DNA of 64,000 nucleotides from the human T2T-CHM13v2.0 reference genome, Homo sapiens: NCBI GenBank assembly GCA_009914755.4, contig CP086569.2, positions 25,024,001 to 25,088,000 of the forward strand, read 5' to 3'. Shown piece by piece: positions 1 to 11,068 of this stretch (position 1 is its first letter; each line of letters starts with the position of its first letter). The notes under the pieces were generated by a model. It saw only the letters and a program-made list of their open reading frames with translations, ran no database searches and was not told where the DNA came from. The position numbers and the translations under genes were made by a program.

Positions 1-62
1 GAGTCTAGCTAACACAATAGAGTTTTCTAAAAATGCAGGCCCCAGGGTGGCACCTGCTATCT

Positions 63-104
63 GCTATCAATGTGGTAAAACAGGACACTTTAGCAAGAAA
101 TGTG
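63..104 (+). pseudogene. retroviral Gag nucleocapsid CCHC zinc-knuckle remnant
   Basis: tgc tat caa tgt ggt aaa aca gga cac ttt agc aag aaa tgt translates to CYQCGKTGHFSKKC (CX2CX4HX4C). Confidence 0.65.
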
Positions 105-308
105 GAGACAACAATAGGAAGCCACCTCAACATTGTCCAACTTACGGTGGTGAGCACTGAAGTGTGTGCTAATTTAAGAGGCATACATCACTAAGCCCAG
201 GACCAGTCTCACAAAGGGTCCAGCAGGACTGACAGTTCCCTGGAGATCAATTCCCCAGCCCTAACAGCTGCCATACTCTTCAGGTTCCATACTCTTCAAA
301 ATCCTTGG

Positions 309-509
309 GTGATTCTGGAGGTGGAAGGGAGGAAAGTAGACTTCCTTCTGGAAACTGGAGCAGGTCTGTTTGTTCTGCTTTCCAATCAAGGCTTTCTCTC
401 GTCCCACAATGTGACAATGATGGATGTGTCAGCAAAGTCCTTTATACAATATTTTCTCAGCCCATTAGTTATGGTTGAAACAGCCTTCTATTTAGTCATA
501 TCAATTTAA
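309..509 (+). pseudogene. retroviral aspartic protease remnant (ORF 309..509)
   Basis: The ORF translation contains VDFLLETGAG, a degenerate D(T/S)GA protease motif, with flanking hydrophobic context resembling the HERV-K and gammaretroviral protease flap region. Confidence 0.6.
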
Positions 510-2167
510 TAATTCCTGAAATTTCCACTTTATTACTAGGTAGAGATATTTTAGCCCATAAAGAAGCATCCATCTGAATGGCTGCATGATAAATTCTTGC
601 TCTCCCCTAAGGGGAAACCAATATTAAATAACAAGCATGGGATGTCGAGAAAAATGTTGCTGGGCTACAAGCACTGTATGCATCCATATTTACCTTAAGG
701 ATTTCACTATTTTTTCTAGCCAGAGGCAGTATTTCCCAAAGCCAGAAGGTGGAAAAGGGCTAGAAGTCATTATAAATAAGCTATAAATGAAAGGCATTTT
801 TAGACCCTGCAACAGTCTTTAGAAAACTCCAAATATCAAAGAAGGTCACTTTTTAACATGCTCAGAAATCCCATTTTTTTTTTTTTTGGACCTCAATAGG
901 TGAAAAGTTTACCCAACTCATAGGTATTTGGAAGTAAAACCCATGGTTGTGCTTGGCTTTAAGAGGTCTTATCAGAAGTTCCTCATTAAAAAAGAGTTTC
1001 ATCAAAGCCAATGTACAAAGGCTATTTGAGAATAATTATTTGGCCTGCATTTTATACCAATAATTAATTTAACTATTACTTTATGGAGTATTTTGCTATC
1101 AACTCAGGCCTATTATATTTGTTTTTTATAGAAATGAACAAGGAAAAGAGAAAAATTTATTTCAAATATTACATTGGCCATTATCTTCTACTCTCATTAG
1201 TTGTCTTTAGAATTTGCCTATATTTTATAATATCCCTGTTAATTCCTGTGATCCGCTCAGAAATCTCCTGCTACAGCTAAGTAGAAAACATAAAAAGATT
1301 AATATTGTGATGTATGTAATAATACCCTGTTGTAGGCAATTATTCTACAAATTTTGCCAGGTAAAGAGACTATATTGTGGACTCATAATCAAGGGGTGTT
1401 TATGTTTGTGGGGTTAAGACTAAGGAAGTTAAGCAAAGCAAAGCCCCATGAACTCACAACTTCTCTGGCGTACCTATAGCCCTCAGTTATCAGGGCATGT
1501 CCACAGCCTCAGAATTTTTAAGCTGTTTATTACCTCAGCTAATCTCATTTTAACACAGATATTTTGAGAAACCAAATTTTTTCATCTCATGTAGAGGAAA
1601 TCAAACTCCAAATGGTACTGCAAATGAAACCACTTATGAAAACACTGTGTTTCTGGAAATATTATCCTGACCTCAGGTGGAGTTCCAGCTGTTGTATTTT
1701 GTTGTACAAACCCCCTCCCTAAGAGTAAGTAGCTGGAAAGATCAATTCTCCCTAACAGCAGTTAGTTAGGTATTCAGGGTGGGCCTCTCCCTAACAGTAG
1801 AGAATAGTTAGGTAGTTAGAAGGGGACCTTGGTATAACTTCTAGAAACAAAGATCCAGCTTGCAAAAAAGATCCTACAGACACATATTAGTAAACTTACA
1901 CAAACCTTCAGCCCACTGATATGAAGAAACGCAGGCCGACATAGACATATCTTTGTTCTTTGTGCACAAAGATATGCTCACAAAGAAACTAACTGAAAAA
2001 CAACAACATTGAAACACCCTTTTCTTTTGTATAAGCAATGGACTATCAAATATAGTCACTATTTTTTCAGCTGGAGGAAGTACACAGTGGGGGACAATAA
2101 GTTTTAGTGGGCCTTTTTTTTTCTGGACACCCTTTGGAATACAACAAGAACTGGTATAAATTATCAC

Positions 2168-2270
2168 GTCAGTCTCTGATTAGTCATGGGTCAAGGTCGT
2201 GGACCAAGCTTTTACATTAGCACTTGTTAGTCATGGGTCAAGGACATGGGCCAACTTTTCATGTCAGAAC
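2168..2270. repeat. ~50 bp tandem duplication (2 copies)
   Basis: gattagtcatgggtcaaggtcgtggaccaagcttttacattagcactt is followed directly by gttagtcatgggtcaaggacatgggccaacttttcatgtcagaactt. Confidence 0.7.
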
Positions 2271-3699
2271 TTGTTTGGTCCCAAACAAATTCCAAAGCCA
2301 AACTGATCTTTTTCCAAGATCAGTCATCATATTCTTCCATTTCCCAGTACATGAGGACCCCAAACACCAGTGTTACAGTGGGCAACTAATTTTGGTTGTC
2401 ACGGTGGAGAGCTATTTTAATTTCCTTCTTACACTTTGTTTCTACTTTCAATTTTTGTGTGACTTCCTCAAGTTTTTGGCCATGAGAAAAATAACTTTTT
2501 GTGATATGTCACAATGAGAATTTTCTACACGTGTACACATGGTTCATGGTGAGAATACAAAAAATGAAGCCTGAATTGAGACCTGGGATGCATAAGTCTT
2601 ACTGGACCTTCTAAAATCTGGCCCTGGAAAGCAACCTATGTCCCTGCACACATTCCATCTTCCAGTTGTCGCCACCACTGGCTGGATAGGTTTGAGGTGG
2701 CATCCTTTTGTTTTTTCTGCAGTTCTTCCTGAACAGTCCTGGATGGCCAAACTTGCAGAAGTTCGAAGGTCCAGCTCAAAACTCCTGGATTTTGTAGACC
2801 TATAATTCAGTCACTTGTGCTTTGTCTGACTCTTGTTTTTTCCTCCCTTCCTGGGCCTCTTTATGGTCCCTATTGTAAAAGACCAGGAATGCCACCCCAC
2901 AACAGTTTTTCTACAGTGGTATCCCATAGCATAGCCTGCTTTTGAAGTTACCTTCTGATTTAAAAATTGAGTAATAAACTGGTCTTTTAAGATTATCTGT
3001 ATTTTATTTAAATCAGGAGATAGGATTTTTTCTCAAAATCCACAGAATCCATTCTCACCCTTTCACCCTTTTCATAAAGTCTGAAATATTTTGATTTGGT
3101 TTTTATTTCACTATGGCCAGTTTAGGTCAATTGAGAGATTTGATTCCAGTTTCTTGAAAGCTTTTTAATATTCACATTGGAAAGTCTTTGTTTCCACTCT
3201 CCCATTAAATCAGTAGGCCTTTAGTTAGGGTTTTTAAGGGCAATGTCTCCCTTCTTATTGGAAATGGGGCTTATACTTTTCCACTTTTTTTTTCTTTTTT
3301 GGACAGGTTTTCTTCTTTGGGTGGCTATATGAAATATTCCATTTGTCCTTGAAACTCTCTGTTGCCTGTAGGTCTTCCTGTTCCTCAGAAATACTTCAGA
3401 TTTGGCTTAGGAATGACAACATTTTGCCATGCAAAATCAAAAACTTGGACAGCATTTTGGAAAGCCTGTCTGTATTCATCCAGGTTATCAAAATACTTTT
3501 CTGTGTCCCAATCTATGTGTTTAAAGTCTTGTAACTAAAAGAGAACCAGGAATTTAGAAGCACCATGTTTATTGAGCATTTTCTTTAGGGGTAGCAGTTT
3601 AATGGAGGATTGATTGGGATAATTGAAGAAGCTGAGGATGATAAAGTGACTAGAGGAGTCTCTGGATAGGGGATAGAAGAAAAGCTGGAACATCTGGAA

Positions 3700-4140
3700 G
3701 TTTCTTCTGAGGCTTTCCTGGGCAGTTGTTTCTCTGACTTTTGAGAAATGTTCACTATAGACAAGTCCAATGTGCTAAGAGGGCATGGTCAACATTACAA
3801 TGCTTACAAATATCTGGATTGTTTGCAGGACAAAGAAAGCACCTCAGACAATTTGCCTTATCACTTGAAGAAAATATCTAGGTGTTAGATAGTATTGAGA
3901 GAAAAAGGTTATGCAGATAGGATGAATTCTTGCTAAAACTACTTTAAACAAAGAAACAGACTCAAATACCAGGCTGCAGGCAGATGTCTTAAAACCCTGC
4001 ACAAAACTGCAGTCCACTCATATAAAGGAACAAAGCCTAACAAGTAACCCTTTTGTATTTTTTTTTTGCCTAAAATGTACCAAAAATAATCTGATAAAAG
4101 AAGAAGAGTCTGCATAAAAACATTTTTCTTCTTTAAAGAA
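3700..4140 (+). repeat. LTR-like sequence, inverted copy (arm A) of the gamma-ERV 3' LTR U5 and flank
   Basis: Reverse-complement identity by eye of ~85–90% to 4640–5166. Shared strings include ctgcaggcagat...ctgcacaaaactgcagtccactcatataaaggaacaaagcct, tgtttgcaggacaaagaaa, and ctgataaaagaagaagagtctgcataaaaac. Confidence 0.6.
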
Positions 4141-4480
4141 AGCACATACTTCCAGAAAATAGTCTCTATTCCTTTTACCCAGGGGGCTTCAGTGTGCTCT
4201 GATGAACACTTTTATTTTCTTCTTCTTTTTTTTTTCTGGATATGCTTTCCACTGTGAGCTGAGCCTCTATAAATTTTTATTTCAGCTACCTTTCAGTCTT
4301 GGGTCCAGGTTCTGAGCCAAGCCAACTAGTACTTTTTCAAGACTAGTAAGCATACTCTTTTCTTAATTCATAAAAACATCAGAACCTGCCTCATAGTGAC
4401 AAACCCATCCTGTCTCCTATCTGTGCTGTGAATAAGTTTTGCTTAAGTTGTCAATCAGACTTCACTCTTAGCATGTACAG

Positions 4481-4483
<3 letters not shown>

Positions 4484-4512
<29 letters not shown>
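4484..4512. repeat. (ATT)n microsatellite at the centre of the inverted repeat
   Basis: attattattattattattattattatt. Confidence 0.9.
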
Positions 4513-5032
4513 TGCAGTCAGAGAAAAAACTCTGATGATACCTCACAAGAGCAGACTGATATATATAGTGGTGAATCCACATGGCTGCAAAAGTGTTCAT
4601 AAGAACACACGGAAGCACACTGGGTAGAAGAAATAGAGATTTTTTTGTGGAAGAGAAATGATTTTATGCAGAATCTTCTTTGTCTTTTATCAGAATACCT
4701 GTAGGAATGTTTTAGGCCAAAAAAATACAAAAGGATTTCTTTGACAGGCTTTGTTCCTTTATATGAGTGGACAGCAGGTTTGTGCAAGTTTTTTTAAAAA
4801 TCTGCCTGCAGCCTGGTATTTCAGTCTGTTTCTTTGCTTAAAGTAGTTTTAGCAAGAATCCGTCTTATCTACATAACTTCTCTCTCAATATTATCCAACA
4901 TCTAGATATTTTCTGCAAGTGAGAAGGCAAATTGTCTGAGGTACCATGTGTGCCAGGTTTCTTTGTCCTGCAAACTGTTGTAACTGAGCAAGTTAGAGAG
5001 AAATCACCACACTTTGAGGTGGATTCAAGAGT

Positions 5033-5041
5033 CCTTTATTA
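5033..5041 (-). terminator. LTR polyadenylation signal (AATAAAGG on the minus strand)
   Basis: The + strand reads cctttatt, within CTGGCTAATAAAGGACTCTTGAATCC on the minus strand. Confidence 0.45.
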
Positions 5042-5106
5042 GCCAGTGATCAAGAGAAAGATAACGCACAAAATTCTCTCGGCCTCAAAGAAGGGGCTAG
5101 ATTTTC

Positions 5107-5115
5107 TTTTATACT
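5107..5115 (-). promoter_or_regulatory. LTR TATA box (TATAAAAG on the minus strand)
   Basis: The + strand reads cttttatac. It sits ~70 bp upstream (minus sense) of the LTR poly(A) signal. Confidence 0.45.
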
Positions 5116-5563
5116 TTGGTTTAGAGAGAGGAGGGGGAATTCTAGTTGCAACAATCTTACAGAAGACAAAACAGACAAGAAAGTTAAAAAGACAAATTGT
5201 TACAGGAAAACAAACAGTTCCAGGTGCAGGGGCTTTAAATTCATCACAAGGTGACAGGTGAGGGGGCCCTTGGCATTATCTACCAGAAAAACATGGGGGC
5301 ATTATGGTACCATCTCAGAGCAAATTGCTGGGAACTGTGGACATCACTTGCCTCAGCATGTTATCAGTTAATTGTAGTCTTTGATATGTTGAGAATCTTG
5401 CACAAGTTAAAGTCCTTGAGGAAAAGGGGTGGGTAAGGAGCCCTTGATGTCTTGTAAATGAAGGAGCCAAATGGCATTAGTCTGCTTTTCTCAGCTAAGG
5501 GTGAGTCTATTCATATTAAAAACAATGTTAGGTATTACATTCCCCATTTGTGTTTTTGGGGAG

Positions 5564-6842
5564 TCAAATCATTGATTCCTCATTTAGAACAAGGGGGTCG
5601 TATAGGGTTTTAAGATACATAAGTTTGACAGAAGGTATGCATTGCTTTACAAAGTTATGAAACCAGTTTAATATACATGGCCCAAAGATTAAGCCTAACA
5701 GCAGGAGGAGAATGGGTGGTTCAGCTAACCCAGTGACTAGAGTAGTTAGCCATGGATTCCAGTTACACATGCTTTGATACCAGGGAGTGTTATTTTCTCA
5801 TTCTTGTTGGCATCTATCTAGATTTTCTTGAACCTTTTGGAGAGTATCCTTTATGACCCCAGACTGATTGGTTCAGAAGAAACAACTTTCTCTGAGAGCT
5901 GTGAATAAACCTTCTTGGGAGAGGAATGGCAGATCTAAGCCTCACCAGTTTTGAAGAGCTACTTCAGCCAGAGACTGTACCTGGTGTGCAGTATATCTAT
6001 GGCTGACCGGAGGTTGCTTAAACCTACCTGTTGAGACAGGGACACCTGTCCAGTTTCTCCCTTAACCAGGGCAGCCGTGGCGATGGCTGCTGATCCGGCT
6101 ATGCTAAGGCTGGCCAGGAGGGGTACTAGGAGCGGAAGGCCTCGGCAAATCCTGGGATGTAATTCAAGGGGAGTGATGAGAAGTTGTTCTTCTGGCCCAC
6201 TGTACACATATATCTGGGGAACCACATGAACTAACACACACAGGAGAGGTCCTGGTTCAGTCCCATTGATGCAGTGAGTGAGACCTGAAGTGCAGGCTAA
6301 CTAGGTATTATTAGGTGCCTGGTAGGAGACTGAGGTACTTAAGGAAGTAAGCAGGGACTGATTACAAGCAGCCTGAAATGGAGAAGCAGATAAGTTATAT
6401 CCAGCACTAATTAGGCAAGAAATGTTCCCAGACACGTCTCCTAGTGTGAGGGCATAGGGTCGTGCATGACAAGAAAGAGGGCCACTTTTAAGCATAGCTT
6501 CTACTCCTAATCCCACATAATAAAGGGGTTTGGCATTTAGACATAGCCAACAAACTTGAGCTAGTTTAGGCCAGGTGAGATTAGGAGGTGATATACCCTG
6601 CCTAGAATGGACATCAGGCTGGGTTGGAGATGTTGTCATTGCAGCTGGGGTTTAGGAACTAGGAATGGTGGCAGAACAGTTAAATCGACCTTGTCTGGGT
6701 GTTTTTGGAACATAGGGTCACCTAGATCAGTTAAAGGCCCCATTGTCTTAGGAGGGCTCCATGAGATCAGGATTTTCTTTTGGATGGTGAACACAGTTAC
6801 AACATCAAATCCCAGGATATAAAGCCTTAATCCCCATGACAT
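5564..6842 (-). pseudogene. gamma-type env (SU+TM) remnant, split into at least 4 ORF pieces
   Basis: SU motif CWLCLNAKPLYYVG (ORF 6301..6639). A basic cleavage region followed by fusion peptide LPLLVPLLASLSIAGSAAIATAALV (ORF 5959..6237). Immunosuppressive domain LQNW*GLDLPFLSQEGLFTALRESCFF*TNQSGVIKD (~5800–5950, with one stop and a degenerate CX6CC). Membrane span ILLLLLGLIFGPCILNWFHNFV (ORF 5564..5770). This resembles the syncytin-1 TM layout. Confidence 0.75.
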
Positions 6843-7239
6843 GCCATAATACCATTGAGCTGAATTAGGTTTATGGGTGGTTATGGTTTGAGTATTACTA
6901 TTTTTTCTGGTACATAGTCTAGGATGGGAAACATGAGCTATGGAAAGAGTTGAAGATCAGGTTGATCCCCCAGAGTAAGTGGCTAAAGTTACACATGTCC
7001 AGTTAGGGCAGAAAAACTCATAAGTATCTCTACAACTAGAGTCAGGATGATTTCCAGGAGAGAAGTAAAAGCGCACCTTTGGAGCTCCCACATCCGGTCT
7101 GGCTCCTGGAGTGTCCAAATCCTGCAGCAAGGTCGACGTTCCCTGCTCCCATGACTGGCAGGTTGCATCTTTCCTTGTGGGTACGAGCAGGTTCTGGGAA
7201 CAAAACACATAAATTGAATGCAAGAGAGACTTCCTTGGA

Positions 7240-10200
7240 GGTTCCTGCCTTCCAAGTAGTGTTTGCAAATACATGTCCTGTCATGAAAGAAGTGAGGAGT
7301 AAGGAACAGGAAGGTGCGGAGGGCATAACAGGTGGAAACCAACAAGAAAGGTAAAAATAATAATAATAATAATAATAATTAATCTAATGGCTTCACTCGA
7401 CTTAGACACAGTTTTAAGGGGCCTGGCCCAGGCTTGGGGACCCATGTTTCCTGCCAGGCTTTGTTGGTCTTTTTGAAGCTGGAGTGATGAATCCAAGCAG
7501 GAATGCTGTCCACCTTCAGAGCATTGGCATGGTGAGGACAGTATGAGGTCCTTTCCAAGCAGAAGTGAGTCCTTCTTTCTGGAACTTTTTAACACCAGGT
7601 CATCTGGCTGAAACAAGTGGTAGGGCCCCATCTGGTTAGGAACTGGATTGGGATGAGCTCCCTGGACAAGTGGCTGGATGATATCTCGTATCCATTGGAG
7701 AGACTGCAGGAGTAATAAATTAGCTTGTGATAATTCTGCTAAATGGGTATCCCTTAGCTTTAGGCAAGACAGGCGGCGCCCAGCCATACATGATTTCAAA
7801 AGGTGAAAAACCAGCCCAGTAAGGAGTGCATCTTACTCTAAGAAGGGCTAAAGGAAGGAGTCTTACCCAATTCTCACCAGTCTCTAAGATCAATTTCATA
7901 AGAGTACTTTTTGGGATGTGGTTCATGTGTTCTACCTGCCCAGAGCTCTGGGGTCAATAGGCACAGTGGAGTTTCCAGTGAATGTTTAATGCATTACTGA
8001 ATGATCAATGGAGGAGGTGAAGGCCAGTCTATTATCAGACCCTACGGCAGCAGGCAGCCCATGTCAAGGGATGATTTCATTGAGTAAAAACCTAACTACC
8101 ATGGTGGCAGTCTCGTTTTCAGTGGCAAATGCCTCAGTCCCTCCGGAGAAAATGTCTGCTAGTATCAGAAGGTATTTCTACCCAGCCCGGTGTGGTTTTA
8201 TTTCTGTAAAGTCGATTTCCCACTTTTCTCCTGATGAGTTTCTCCAGTGGCAGTGGCCTGAGCTGGGTTTAGGACTTTGCCTGGTGTTTACCTAAGCACA
8301 AGCCGCACACCAGAGAGCTGCTTGATCTGTAAGTTCTGAAGGCAAGGGATCTTGAAATGGCTACTTAGGAGCTGGGCCAGTTTTGCATCTCTCAAATGAG
8401 TGGTAGAATGCAGACGACTGATTAAACTTTCCTGAGAGCTCAGGGTACAAAGATTCTGGAGTCAGGAAGAAGCCACCAACCTTCCTGATTTTTAGTGGCC
8501 TGGAGATCTGAAGCCAGTTTTACTTCTTCTGCTGAGCATGCGGTATGATTGCATAAGTCAGGCTGTGGAAAGAACACTGCAGGCAGTAATGTTAAAGGCA
8601 TGACTGGAAGCCATGCAGCCTCCAGGGCCAAAAAGTCCACTCTCTGATTACCATGGGCAATGGCCGTGTCTTCTCTTTGATGTCCTTTGCAATGAATTAC
8701 AGCCACTTGCTGAGGGAGCCATAGGGCTCCAAGCAGGGCTAGAATTTCTTCTGTGTTTTTGATCATCTTTCCTGCTGTGGTGACTAGCCTGCACTCTTGA
8801 TAGATGACTCCATGCACATGCACAGTAGCGAATTCATACCTACTGTTAGTGTAAATGTTAATACATTTGTCCTTACCCAATCGGAGAGCCTGTGTCAGGG
8901 CAACCAACTCAGCTCTCTGAGCTGAGGTGCCAGCCGGCAGAACTTGGGCCCACAGGATATCCATCTCCATGGTGATGGCTGCACCAGTCTTTTGAACTCC
9001 CCACTCAAGGAGGCTGCTACTCTCTGTATCCACAGTGGTGTCTGCCTCCTTTAAGGGCACATCTTGGAGATCATGTCGGCCAATTTCTCTGGTCTCTAAC
9101 AGTTGTTGGCAGTCATGGACATGTGTGTTGAAGTCTGGATATGGGAGTAAAGTTACTGGATTTAAACACTGTGGGAGAGAAAGTTAAACAAGGCTGATCT
9201 AATAGTAAACTCTGATATTGTAAAATGTGAGCATTTGACAATCATTTGCCAGAAGCACTTCACAGCAAAGTCTCTATGGCATGAGGAGCTGTAAGGGTTA
9301 AGTTTTGACTTAAAGTCAGTTTATCAGACTCCTGAACTAGGCTTGCTGTGGCTGCTATGTCTCCCAGGCAACTGGACCCCCTGGAGGCCATGGGGTCTAT
9401 TCTCTTAGACAAATAGGTAACTTGGCATCACCTTGGCCCCAAGATCTGAGTGAGTATCCCTTTAGCAACTCCCTAGTTTTCATGGACAAAAAGGTGAAAT
9501 GGCTTTGAGATATTTGGAAAGGCTAGAGCAGGGGCCTCAGTTAATGCCTTTTTCAGGTTTTGGAAAGCCTGTTCCTCTGTGTCAGTCCAAATTAGTGAGC
9601 CATTCCCTCCTGTAGCACTGTACAGGTGCTTGGCAATCCTCATAAACCCTAAAATCCATAGGCAACAGTATCCCATGGCCCCCAGGAACTCATGTACCTG
9701 TCTCTTGGTGGTGGGAGAGGGGATTCATAGGATAGTTTCCTTCTGGGCACTGGTGAGTGCCCTTTCCCCTTGGTTTGTCTCATACCCCAGGTAGGACAAT
9801 CTAGGAGGACAAAGCTGGACCTTCTCTGCAGACCCATTATCTGAGTTCCTGAAGGAGGTAAAGTAGGTCCCTAGTATGTTGCAGGCAGCTGTCAGTAGGT
9901 TCTGTAGCTAATAAAAGATCATCTATGTACTGAAGAAGAGTATGATTGGGTGACTGGCTTGGAATGGTATAAGATCCTGCTGGAAAGCTTCAAAAAGATT
10001 GGGAGAATTTTTAAAACCTTGAGGCAATTGAGTCCAGGTCAATTGGGGGGTGTCTCCCAAGCCAGGATCTGTCCATTCAAAAACAAAGATTGGTAGGCTC
10101 TTGGGGCCAGAGGAATAGCAAAGAAGTCATCCTTTAAGTCAAGGACAGTGTATCCTGTATGTTCTGGCAGCAGCAGGCTGAGTAGACTATAAGGATTAGG

Positions 10201-10300
10201 GACCGTTGGATGGATGGTAACTGAATATTTTTTAACTTCCCTTAAGTCAAGTACTGGCCAGTAATCATTTTTTCCAGGTTTCTGGACTGGCAAAAATGGA
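7240..10300 (-). pseudogene. gamma-type pol remnant: integrase (~7240–8440), RNase H (8440–9060), RT (~9470–10300)
   Basis: ORF 7720..7926 [25 protein letters not shown] (MLV integrase [25 protein letters not shown]). ORF 8440..9060 RNase H GTSAQRAELVALTQAL, IYTNSRYEFATVHVHG, IHCKGHQ. ORF 9473..9676 connection domain (TEAPALAFPNISKPFHLFV). ORF 10039..10293 RT fingers/palm [39 protein letters not shown]. Confidence 0.8.
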
Positions 10301-10536
10301 GTATTCCAGGCCGACTGACATGGTGTGAGTGTGCCAGCTGGTAACAGTCACTGAATATTGGGATTGATCCCCTGTCTAGCCACTGACTCACAGGATATTG
10401 CTTTTTCTAGATCAGAGAGGTGGTGGTCAGGAGTTCTACAACCACTGGCAGATGGTGCTTAGCCAGTCCTGGGGGGGTTGACTCAGCCCAGACTCAGGGA
10501 AAGAGTGTCTGTAAGTCCAACAGGAGAGGATTGGTG

Positions 10537-10900
10537 TTATTCTCCAGTGGTTGTGATGGTGAAATTAAAAGATATTCCTCTTAAAGAGGGATACTTAGCT
10601 GGAGTGGGGCAGTCGGGGGCTTGGTGTTTCCAGCATAAGGTAAGCCTGCTGGGCTGAGAAGGAGATAGAGGCCTGTAACTTATGAAGTAGGTCTCATCCA
10701 AGGAGGAGAAAAGGGCACACTGGGACCACAAGAAATGAGTGAGTTACTCTTTTCTGTCCCAAACTCACTTCTCCTGAGTGTGTGACAGGATATTCTTGAA
10801 TAGCTCCAGTAACCCATTGTACAGCCACTCTTATTACAGACACTGCCCAAGGGTGTCTGCAGTACTCAGTGCTCTGGTATCTATTAGGAAGCATACAGGT
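10537..10900 (-). pseudogene. gamma-type protease remnant
   Basis: The minus-strand translation VTATVGGQPVCFLIDTRA resembles MLV ITLKVGGQPVTFLVDTGA. Confidence 0.6.
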
Positions 10901-11068
10901 TGGCCTCCCACTGTAGCAGTCACCATGGGTTTCCAGGGGCCAAGACAGATGGAGCCCTGGTCCTGTCAGTCATCAGACTCCTCTGCTGCAGGGAGGGTGA
11001 GAACTTTTTTCTTTTCTGATTTTCCCTCTGTTAGTAATGGGCATTCCGTTTTCCAGTGCCCAGTTTGC

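Larger units (their letters stand above)
1..1031 (+). mobile_element. ERV internal fragment (HERV-K/betaretrovirus-like): gag nucleocapsid, protease, N-terminal RT. Continues upstream of the window
   Basis: In-frame CCHC zinc knuckle CYQCGKTGHFSKKC (63–104) followed by a possible degenerate second knuckle (..HCPTYGGEH). Protease active-site region ILEVEGRKVDFLLETGAG (309–365) and LGRDIL downstream. RT N-terminus recognisable as ..GEKFTQLIGIWK..LIRSSSLKKSFIKANVQRL, which resembles HERV-K EGKLVALTQLVEKE...[22 protein letters not shown]. Many stops and frameshifts, plus a poly-T at ~875–890. Confidence 0.6.
4640..5560 (-). mobile_element. 3' LTR region of the gamma-like provirus (U3-R-U5, with arm B of the inverted repeat extending downstream to ~4640)
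   Basis: Lies immediately downstream (minus strand) of the env membrane anchor. On the minus strand it contains TATAAAAG about 70 bp upstream of AATAAAGG, then the U5-like sequence that is repeated in inverted form at 3700–4140. Confidence 0.55.

Noticed and set aside
1-509. Considered calling the 5'-most ERV fragment gammaretroviral, because the protease follows NC by only ~75 codons with no room for the dUTPase found in HML-2 pro
   Set aside because: The RT N-terminus (..GEKFTQL..LIRSSS..KANVQRL) and the apparent double zinc knuckle fit HERV-K-type betaretroviruses better. The absence of dUTPase may reflect a deletion or a non-HML-2 group, and it is left unresolved.
1031-3700. Sequence between the HERV-K RT break and LTR-like arm A. 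Looked for ERV, LTR or transposase signatures
   Set aside because: No recognisable coding motif or terminal repeat was found, and only the 50 bp tandem duplication stands out. It is probably old, unclassifiable repeat or unique DNA, so I left it unannotated apart from the tandem duplication.
7281-7799. 172-aa minus-strand ORF ending in IIIIIIII
   Set aside because: It is the ERV integrase C-terminal region read into the (AAT)n microsatellite at 7346–7378. It is not an independent gene.
8440-9060. Longest clean ORF in the ERV region (206 aa, minus strand). Could be mistaken for a host gene
   Set aside because: It is the RNase H domain of the gamma-like provirus pol (TSAQRAELVALTQAL, YTNSRYEF, IHCKGHQ motifs) and is flanked by disrupted RT and integrase. 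It is a transposable-element remnant.
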